From: Octopus bimaculoides | Lineage: Eukaryota | Length of the DNA: 40,306 nt | Direction of reading: 5' to 3' | Assembly (NCBI RefSeq): GCF_001194135.2 | Contig: NC_068984.1 | Location: 78,534,376-78,574,681, forward strand | Shown here: piece by piece, positions 31,600 through 40,306 of the stretch | Position numbering within the stretch: the first letter of the stretch is position 1 | Layout of the letters: the number at the start of each line of letters is the position of its first letter | Notes under the pieces: generated by a model | The model's database searches: none | What the model was told of the DNA's origin: nothing | The model's input: only the letters and a program-made list of their open reading frames with translations | Made by a program: the position numbers and the translations under genes

Positions 31600-31674
31600 T
31601 AATTTATTACTGTTGTTGCTGTTGTTGTCCTTAATAGTTGTAGAAGTTACCATTACTGTTGCTGCAGCAGTAAC

Positions 31675-31712
<38 letters not shown>

Positions 31713-32410
31713 TAATTGCTGTTGTTAATTTTGTTGCAAGCAGCTGTAGTAGTAGTAGTAGTAGTCATAGTAGTTATTGTTGTTGCAGCTGTAGCAAAGG
31801 CGGTGGTGGTGGTGGTGGTGGTGGTGGTGTTAATAGTAATAGTTGTTGCTGTTGTTGTTGTTGTAATAGCTGATGTCATCCATGTTCGCTCCATTCCTTT
31901 ATTATTTTTTTCTTTCTTTATTTGTTCTTACCTGTCCTCACCACAACCACCACCACCACCACCACCACTTCCCTCCAAATCCCCCACCCCTGCNNNNNNN
32001 NNNNNNNNNNNNNNNNNNNNNNNNNNNNNNNNNNNNNNNNNNNNNNNNNNNNNNNNNNNNNNNNNNNNNNNNNNNNNNNNNNNNNNNNNNNNNNNNNNNN
32101 NNNNNNNNNNNNNNNNNNNNNNNNNNNNNNNNNNNNNNNNNNNNNNNNNNNGGTGGGGCAACTTTTCTTTTTCTTTGTTGCTACTCCCACTGTCATACCA
32201 CCTCCACCATACCACCTCCACCATACCACCTCCACCATACCACCTCCACCAACACATATTTCCCTATTGCCATCACCACTAGTACCAACACTACCACCAC
32301 CACCGCCACCTTTGTCATTGTCATACCAACACTACCACTTCCTTAACCATCACCCAACAGCAGCACTATAGCTATACCACTGACATCAGCACTACTGCCA
32401 CCACAACCAC
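31600..32410. repeat. (GTA)n/(GGT)n/(GTT)n/(CCA)n trinucleotide region around gap 31994-32151, including (CCACCATACCACCT)-like units
   Basis: Direct reading. Confidence 0.92.
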
Positions 32411-32414
32411 TATT

Positions 32415-32615
32415 GCTTGGCTTGCTAGAAAAAAATAAAATAAAACAGCCATATCTCCCTCAAACTGCACCCCACTGTCTTAAAAGCAGGGACATGCTGG
32501 ATAGTGTAATCCTTGATGTACGATGTCTGAAAAAAATAATGGATGGTCACTGATCGAATACTAATAATCGTAAGTCTGTTGGGTCAAAGCTCACCTTTGG
32601 CTAAATAAAGAAATA
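32415..32615 (+). mobile_element. Fam-F copy
   Basis: GCTTGCTAGAAA...CAGCCATATCTCCCTCAAA...GGATGGTCAC...GGCTAAATAAAG. Confidence 0.75.
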
Positions 32616-32821
32616 ACAGTGGTAAGGAATCTTCATTGTCAGGTTCTCAAACTAAGAGTATGTATACCAGCAGGAGTATGCAACGGAAATTGCAGCAGGG
32701 TGCACAAGATTTGTTAAGTGTTGAAATTTTGAAGTAATCACAACCAATTACATTTCGCTGGTACACCGTCAGCTTTTGTAAATATTTGGAAGTCCTAACT
32801 TTCATCAAACATAATAATTAA

Positions 32822-33036
32822 CCCTTTAGCATTCAGATTACTCTACCAAATGCTCATTTATTCATGTGGTTTTGAATTAATCTGGTATTATCTTGCAGCT
32901 TCGGGATTCCAATGATGTGATTGCTTCTCCTTAGCATGACATTGGAGGTCAGGCGTGGGAGGCCTGATTTGGTCAGTTTTAACATAAAACAGATTGAATA
33001 TTTTGGCTGGATATGGTGGGTTTAAGTGCTAAAGAG
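32822..33036. mobile_element. piggyBac-like MITE (215 bp)
   Basis: TTAA TSD at 32818-32821 and 33037-33040. TIR CCCTTTAGCATT versus AGTGCTAAAGAG. Confidence 0.8.
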
Positions 33037-33096
33037 TTAATAAGATTGTGTATTTGTTTTGCAAGATTCTTGATGTGAAATCATGTGTTGAAACAG

Positions 33097-33532
33097 TTAT
33101 TGTTATGCTTAGGGATGGTCATGTTTTGCCAATTAAACACATGCACTATATATTGTTTCATTTCAGCTTTATTATGGTGAGCTGGTAGAATCGTTAGCAC
33201 GCTGGGCAAAATGTTTAATGGTATTTTGTCTGCCGCTACGTTCTGAGTTCAAATTCTGTCAATGTCGACTTTGCCTTTCATCCCTTTGGGGGTCGGTAAA
33301 ATTAAGTACCAGTGAAACGACTAGCCCCCTCCCCCTAAAAATTTCAGGCCTTGTGCCTATAGTAGAAAGGATTATTATTATTGTTATTTTATTTTTTTTT
33401 TTGACAAAGAAACTAAAATAGTAATAAAAGAAACTAAAATAATAATAATAATGAGAAAGCTGAAGTGAAGATCAAATATATTGTGCATGTGTTTAATTGG
33501 CAAAGTATGATCATCCTCAAGTATAACAATAA
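33097..33532. mobile_element. Foldback element with ~75-bp inverted arms interrupted by a Fam-E SINE
   Basis: 33097-33170 is an imperfect reverse complement of 33456-33532, sharing the core TTTGCCAATTAAACACATGCAC. Confidence 0.75.
33174..33378 (+). mobile_element. Fam-E SINE, well preserved
   Basis: GAGCTGGTAGAATCGTTAGCACGCTGGGC...GTCGACTTTGCCTTTCATCCCTTTGGGGTCGGTAAAATTAAGTACCAGT. Confidence 0.9.
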
Positions 33533-33789
33533 TTAATAAGATATTATGCATTTTCTGTTTTATGGTATCCATAAAATGCTATCAGCCATAATTTATTTTA
33601 TACTATCTGACCATTTTTTCACTATATTGTTGACAAAGAGTATTCTGTCACAGCTGGACACAACGCAAGAAAAAGGTTTGTCAATCTGTATACTGTGTTA
33701 ATACAGGGATTGTCAGTTATTATACTAGTAATTTTCTCTCATGTTCACATTGAATAAAGGACTAATAAGTGTTATGGAACACCCTCCTT

Positions 33790-34015
33790 ATTATCATCAT
33801 CATCATCATCACTTAATATCTACTCTTTCATGCAATGGCTTAAAAGAAATTTCTTGAGGCAGATTTTCTACAGCCAGATGCTCTTCCTGTCACCGACCCC
33901 CACCTGTTTGTTTACACGCAAGGTAATATTCCTCCATAGCCAGACATGTTTTACTTGGAAACATTGCTTGTATGGTAGTGATGCTCATTTACAATCATGA
34001 TGTCAAAACAAGGGT
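33790..34015 (-). mobile_element. Fam-B copy
   Basis: Reverse complement of the 30930-31165 pattern. Confidence 0.8.
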
Positions 34016-34374
34016 GTGTACACACATATGCCCACACTCATGCATGTCTGAAATATTATACTTTCACTGTATAACTTTTACTTTATAATTGTTTTCCTTT
34101 TTAAGCATCTGCCTTACAATAGTAAGTGTGAACCATGCCTGTCACTAAAGGGGTGCACTGGATGGCACAGCCCCCTCACTATTTAATGGTGCACCTTCAG
34201 ATTTACAGTGTTACACTTATTTTGAAACTCCATTTCAGCGTAATTACAAATTAGTGTTCACCCAGAATATTCTGATGCACCCCAACCCCCAGACACCAAA
34301 ATCTGGAGACGGGTCTAGTGTGAACATCCCTTGGACTTCTGCTGATCTTGATTTGATTTTGTTTTTTGTTATTG

Positions 34375-34490
34375 AATTGCTATATACACATCAGGTTTCT
34401 TCAGTTTCTGTCAGCCAAATCCATTCACAAGGCTTTGGTCAGCCTAGGGCTATAGTCGAAGACACTTACCCTCAGTGCCATGCAGCAGGG
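34375..34490 (-). mobile_element. Fam-C fragment
   Basis: TTCTTCAGTTTCTGTCAGCCAAATCCATTCACAAGGCTTTGGTC. Confidence 0.85.
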
Positions 34491-34589
34491 TAAAGATGAG
34501 CACATGTATCATACTTTACTGCAAAGGAATGCACATGCACTAGTGTAGTGCATTAGAAATACTTGAGTTTTCTAAATAATAATAATAAT

Positions 34590-35170
34590 CACCATCATCA
34601 TATAATGTTTGTCCTCTTTGCTGGCATGGGTTGGGCAGTTTGATAGGAGTTGGCAAGCCAGAGAACTACACCAGATCCATTCTCTGCTCTGCCATGATTT
34701 CTACAGCTGGATGCCCTTCCTAATGTGAACCACTCTACAGAGTGTACTGGGTGCCTTTTATGTGGCACCAGCACTAGCGCTCTTTACATGATACCAACAT
34801 AAGTGGGGTCACAAAGTGACTTGCTAGACAGAGGGAGTGGAACTGAAGGAAGTGACTTTGTGCCAGGTGAGAGGTTAGAGTATAATAGAGGGATAGAAAT
34901 AGGTATCTTACTATGAAGGAAATACTTGGCTCTCCCAGTAGGAAAAGAAAGGGAAGGGAGGAGAGATGGAGTTAAAGAGAAAGACAGACAGTCAGAGTGA
35001 GAAAGAGAGAGAAATAGATGGTGTTGGAGATACATTGGGACATACTCACAGGAGACAGTGGAGGGGAGTATCAATGATACAGAATAGATGTGCCATCAGA
35101 ATGTGAGGGGAGACATTTAGAGATGGGGCAAGATTTGACAGTAGCAAATGATGGTGAGAGAAGCTGGAGT
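34590..35170 (-). mobile_element. Fam-A tail plus Fam-G extension
   Basis: TTTCTACAGCTGGATGCCCTTCCTAA followed by a segment homologous to 12100-12600. Confidence 0.7.
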
Positions 35171-35459
35171 AGTTGGGATGGGTGGGTGATATACTGGTAT
35201 TTTCCAACTCATTTCAAAAGAACCTAATGGCATGCTGCGAAGCAAAGAAAATATGTGACACCCAACTTTGCCATTACCTAGTGGTTAAAAACGGACAATG
35301 TTTATAGTTTGTGGGGGTCATGTTTTAGTTTAGAGTGAAGGCATTACCCATGACCCTTTACAGAGCCTCTGAGATTGATGAGAGGGAGAGAGGGTGGAAA
35401 GTGACTTCAAATGGAAGCCTGGCCTGATTGCTTACAGAGGAGAGGACTTGACTAAACCT

Positions 35460-35720
35460 GCTCAAGGACCAGGTGGTTGTGTTAAACTGGACAATGAATT
35501 AGGTTTACTGTCCAAGCAGGCCACAATGAAATTTGAACTCTGAATGTAAAGAGCTGAGACAAATACTGAGGGGACTTGACCAAGGACCAGGTGGTAGTGT
35601 TAAGCAAAGAATTAAATCAATCATCAAAGTAGGCCACAGTGAGATTTGAACTCAGAATGTAAAGAGCTGGAATGAATACTGCAGGTCATCCAGTCTGAAG
35701 ATTTTATGGTTTTGCCAATC
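35460..35720 (-). mobile_element. Tandem duplication of about 118 bp containing Fam-E head pieces
   Basis: CAAGGACCAGGTGGT.GTGTTAA...GGCCACA.TGA.ATTTGAACTC.GAATGTAAAGAGCTG occurs twice. Confidence 0.7.
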
Positions 35721-35814
35721 TTCCACTTCAGACTGATACTTTTCATTCTCCTACTCTCTCCTGCCTTAAGAAGATGGGAGACAAAATTGACAATATGTAC
35801 CAGTGTCTGCTCTC

Positions 35815-36020
35815 TGTTGTCACTTTGTCTCCTAGAAATAGCACTGAAAACCTAACTTATAGCAAATCATTTAACTGGATGAAGCAGTCCTAGATACATA
35901 ATCTGAAGTAGAAGGAGAAAAAAACAAACAAACACAAGAAATAAGCAGGGTGGTCGCAGTTGGAATGCATTTGATCATGGTTGACCTTGAACTAAACAAC
36001 AGTGACAACAACAACAACAA
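35815..36020 (+). mobile_element. Fam-F copy
   Basis: CACTTTGTCTCCTAGAAATAGC...GGGTGGTCGCAGTTGGAATGCATTTGATCAT...CTAAACAACA. Confidence 0.7.
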
Positions 36021-36839
36021 AATGTAAATAGCTATGAGCTGCTGTATTTATATTTTCATAGCAATGAGTCGTGCAAGTTGTATATAATTTTAAAGTCCAT
36101 TGATTATAACTTCTAACAAGTGTTAGCTAGTGGAAAGTGCTGTGGAATGAAAGGAGTGAGGTGGTAGTGGTGGAGAAGGTGGCAGTGGGGGTGGGGTGGA
36201 GGTGGTGGTTTGAATTACTATTTAATCATACTCTGTGATATGGTGTTGGTGATGATGGTGGAAGCTGGAAATAGTAGTGACGGTGGTGGTGGTGGTGGCA
36301 ACAGTGGTGATGGTGCCATTGAAGATGACAATAACAATAGCAACAACATAGTCCAGTGAAGGCAGGTGTGCAAACGGTCAGTGTCCAAACACTTTGTTCT
36401 TTGCCCACTTTCAATATATTCTTTCCTTCTTATTTTTTTATATATTTCTTTTACTCATTTTAGTCATTGAACTTAGCTCATGTTGTAGGAACTGGCTTCA
36501 AGCATTTTTACTCCATTATATTTTACTAATTGCAGTACTTTGACTCATACTTATGTTTTTTTTTTTAGATCTTTTATTAAGAGACAAAAAGCAGGCACAA
36601 AGTTGTTCTTTGTAAAAGGATGCACCTGGTACAGAGCCAAACACCATGAGGGATTTTGATTTGACATGTCAGCTCTGCCATAACATCTACACACTTTCAC
36701 ACAAACACACACACACACAAACATATGCATACACATGAACACACACACATACATGCACATACACATGTGTGCACAAACACACACACACACACACACACAC
36801 ATACACTTTCAAACGTTTATAAATTCTTATGACAAAATA

Positions 36840-37727
36840 TGAGATGGTATCAAAAAGATCCTGGACTAGTTCTGTAGCACACCAACAGATGGTAGCACAT
36901 GGTTGCATGCACAGTGAGAGCTAGCAGGGACCTTCATGAGGCAGAGGGCTGAGTGACATCGCTGTGTTGCTTCACAAGTTGTGAAATTTGTGTTTTTGTA
37001 ATCACATGTATGCTGTAGTCTGCATTTTTTGTCATGGTCAGGAAGTTGGAACAAAAAGCCAACGTGAAATTTTGCATTAAACTTGGGAAGTCTGCTACAG
37101 AGACATTGAGTTAAGCTTCAGCAAGCTTACAGTGATAAAGCAATGGGTCGTTTGCAATGTTTTGAGTGGCACAGGCACTTCAAAAGTGGAAGAACATCCC
37201 TGGAAGATGATGAGTGATCTGGAAGACCTACCATGAGTGTCACCTCCAGAAATGGTATTGTGTATTGAGAATTCGTCTCTCTGGGCCAGGCCATCAATTG
37301 AGAGTGCTACTGCAACGCTTTAAAGCATTCGAGGGAGGACATTTAGTGAAAGCAGCTAGATCTGTGGAACATGAAGAATCGGATTCTTCACCAAATTCTC
37401 TTCATTTGTGAGTTTCTTACCAAAAACAACATGCTCTATTTGCCCTATTTAGCACCTGCAGACTTCCATCTGTTCCCTAAGATGAAAATGCAGCTCAACG
37501 GTCACCATTTTAACACAGTTCTTGAGATCCAGAGTGAATCGCAGAAGGTCCTCAACTTGCTTATGAAAAACAACTCTTCCAAGATGGTTCCAAAAGTGGC
37601 AGGAATGCTGGAACCAGTGCATTGCTGCACAAGGTGACTATTTTGAAGAAGATGATGTTAAAACTTATGTAAATAAGTTATTTTTTATTAAGCATTACTA
37701 GTCCGGGAGCATTTTGATACCACCTTG
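36840..37727 (+). mobile_element. Internally deleted mariner transposon (888 bp) with both TIRs and TA TSD
   Basis: 31-bp TIRs at 36840-36870 and 37697-37727, TA at 36838-36839 and 37728-37729. Decayed transposase from ATG 37034: MVRKLEQKANVKFCIKLGKSATET...FEWHRHFKSGRTSLEDDE*SGRP, internal deletion, then GIVY*EFV...LPYLAPADFHLFPKMK. Confidence 0.93.
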
Positions 37728-37881
37728 TATGCTTAATAAAAAATAATGCATAATGCATAAACAGAACCTGAAAGATTGCTTGGAGACATATAGCATATTT
37801 TATAAATATGCCTGTTCAAATATCATAAGATCAGGAAACTATAGTAGCTTTTTCATTTGTGTATTAAGTTGACATGAATAT

Positions 37882-38010
37882 ATCATCATCATCATCATCA
37901 TCATCGTTTAACGTCCGCTTTCCATGCTAGCATGGGTTGGATGATTTGACTGGGGACTGGTGAAACCAGATGGCTACACCAGGCTCCAATCTGATTTGGC
38001 AGAGTTTAGA
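37882..38010 (-). mobile_element. Fam-A 3' fragment, young copy
   Basis: Nearly identical to 40114-40235 and 28120-28230. Confidence 0.92.
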
Positions 38011-38064
38011 GTTTCTATATATATATATATATATATATATCAATACATATATGTTCATATATAT

Positions 38065-38480
38065 GGTGGTTGTCCACTCCCTATGCAGAGTCTGACCACC
38101 TCTTGTACGTACACCTTAGATCCATCATGGTATCTGATGTGGCTTTTGAAACCAGACAATATTTTGAAAAGACACCCACATAGTTTGCATATCCAATTTG
38201 GACCACCAAGAGTTGCAGTTAAGTACTGATCCTTGTGGATCTTAAAATGTCTTTTGAGGCCTCCATTAGATTTGCAGACCTGCTGGCATTGAAAGGTGTG
38301 CACAGACATATAGGCAGAATAGTTAGTGGAGGGTTGTTTTCCATGGGTCTGCAAATGAGGTTTGAGCCCAGCAAAAGAAAGGCATGGCCTGTCACAAACT
38401 GTGCACACAAAAGGGTCATTTCACCTTGATTGTAACATTCGTCTTTAAATCTCTCTTGAGTCTTGCATGTGTTATCCTGG
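38065..38480 (-). mobile_element. LINE 3' end encoding three C2H2 zinc fingers
   Basis: CTVCDRPCLSFAGLKPHLQTH; FQC(del)QQVCKSNGGLKRHFKIH; CKLCGCLFKILSGFKSHIRYH. The 3' end GGTCAGACTCTGCATAGGGAGTGGACAACCAC is shared with the 26.3-kb copy. Confidence 0.8.
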
Positions 38481-38548
38481 CCTCTTCAACCACTTTCATA
38501 TATGTGTGAATACATATATAGTCACGTCATGTATATATATACAAATGA

Positions 38549-38587
<39 letters not shown>

Positions 38588-39275
38588 NNNNNNNNNNNNN
38601 NNNNNNNNNNNNNNNNNNNNNNNNNNNNNNNNNNNNNNNNNNNNNNNNNNNNNNNNNNNNNNNNNNNNNNNNNNNNNNNNNNNNNNNNNNNNNNNNNNNN
38701 NNNNNNNNNNNNNNNNNNNNNNNNNNNNNNNNNNNNNNNNNNNNNNNNNNNNNNNNNNNNNNNNNNNNNNNNNNNNNNNNNNNNNNNNNNNNNNNNNNNN
38801 NNNNNNNNNNNNNNNNNNNNNNNNNNNNNNNNNNNNNNNNNNNNNNNNNNNNNNNNNNNNNNNNNNNNNNNNNNNNNNNNNNNNNNNNNNNNNNNNNNNN
38901 NNNNNNNNNNNNNNNNNNNNNNNNNNNNNNNNNNNNNNNNNNNNNNNNNNNNNNNNNNNNNNNNNNNNNNNNNNNNNNNNNNNNNNNNNNNNNNNNNNNN
39001 NNNNNNNNNNNNNNNNNNNNNNNNNNNNNNNNNNNNNNNNNNNNNNNNNNNNNNNNNNNNNNNNNNNNNNNNNNNNNNNNNNNNNNNNNNNNNNNNNNNN
39101 NNNNNNNNNNNNNNNNNNNNNNNNNNNNNNNNNNNNNNNNNNNNNNNNNNNNNNNNNNNNNNNNNNNNNNNNNNNNNNNNNNNNNNNNNNNNNNNNNNNN
39201 NNNNNNNNNNNNNNNNNNNNNNNNNNNNNNNNNNNNNNNNNNNNNNNNNNNNNNNNNNNNNNNNNNNNNNNNNNN
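38588..39275. other. Assembly gap
   Basis: N run. Confidence 1.
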
Positions 39276-40113
39276 AATTATCAATTGAGACCACACCTTT
39301 TGTTCCTATGTAATCTCTCTTGTGAGACTGATTCACAAATTATGTGCTTCCTTAGCATGGTATGTCTGTCTCGCCAAAGTTGAAGTCTGTGGAAGTCCAA
39401 CAGTGAGGGTAGGTAGACAAGCAGTATAGGTGATCTGAAAGGTTTACCATCTGGGGGAGGGGGTGGGGGGTTGTAGGGGTTCAGAAAAAAGAGATACTTG
39501 GAGATATGGTAACATAGAGACAGAAATAAGAATGCATGTATATATCGTATCTGTGTGTATTTTACATACACACACACTTGTGTATATATGCAAATATATA
39601 TGACTATATATATATATTAGTGAGCGTACGTTATATACACATATGTGCATGTGCTTCATTAAATTCATGATTCTCTTCACATTTTATCTTATTTATTTTA
39701 GATTATTTTATATTTTCTTATCAGTTTCTTTAGAGTTAGTTTGGAACGATAAAGTACCTAAATTCATATTCAATGTATCCCAACATTCACATTCTCAATT
39801 TCAAGAATTGATTATATCTTTTACTTCTTGGTTTCTGTGTTGTTTTTTTCATATATATATACTTGTTGAATTCATGTTGACTTTGATGAGAGAGGGAGAG
39901 AGAGGGGGTGGGTGAGAGATGCACACACACACTGCATATATATATGTATATACATTCACATATATAAATAAAATGATGATGATACGCGTATATATCCACA
40001 TAGAGACTTATGTGTGTATTGTACATATATGTGTATGTACCACACATACACACACATGTATATACTAAATTGTATGTGTGTATATATGTAGCACACACTC
40101 ATATATATATATA

Positions 40114-40306
40114 TCATCATCATCATCATCATCATCGTTTAACGTCCGCTTTCCATGCTAGCATGGGTTGGACGATTTGACTGAGGACTGGTGAAACCGG
40201 ATGGCAACACCAGGCTCCAGTCTGATTTGGCAGAGTTTCTACAGCTGGATGCCCTTCCTAACGCCAACCACTCAGAGAGTGTAGTGGGTGCTTTTACGTG
40301 TCACCC
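40114..40306 (-). mobile_element. Fam-A copy, young, running off the window end
   Basis: (CAT)n CGTTTAACGTCCGCTTTCCATGCTAGCATGGG, with CpGs intact. Confidence 0.95.

Noticed and set aside
32618-32740. Plus-strand frame SGKESSLSGSQTKSMYTSRSMQRKLQQGAQDLL
   Set aside because: No convincing donor site or homology.
34146-34285. GGGGTGCA...TGCACCCC as MITE termini
   Set aside because: Only 8 bp of inverted match and no clear TSD.

Overview
AT-rich animal genomic DNA with no recognisable intact protein-coding gene and five assembly gaps (3169-4030, 6580-7364, 21444-22018, 31994-32151, 38588-39275). The repeat families, microsatellite load and TA-flanked gaps suggest a cephalopod, probably Octopus; this is inferred from recalled repeat sequences, not from a search. 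Most of the window is (TA)n/(CA)n/(CT)n/(CAT)n microsatellite plus seven recurring retroposon families, labelled here Fam-A to Fam-G. Fam-A is the 3' UTR of an RTE-type LINE. Also present: two mariner remnants (one with both TIRs), a piggyBac-like MITE, a MULE-like MITE with subterminal 15-16-bp arrays, a Penelope-like GIY-YIG remnant between inverted pseudo-LTRs, an RTE ORF2 fragment, a 5S rRNA pseudogene and a tRNA-Lys-like pseudogene. Most notable: (1) a 345-bp, terminally redundant, highly structured element at 1-363 carrying a minimal type I hammerhead ribozyme fold (retrozyme or pLTR-like); (2) three dispersed LINE-tail cassettes encoding tandem C2H2 zinc fingers; (3) a 5S-head/SINE-tail chimera; (4) several long, near-perfect hairpins and closely spaced inverted SINE pairs. 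Most ORFs in the supplied track are microsatellite or N-gap artefacts. Interspersed-repeat boundaries were aligned by eye and are approximate.
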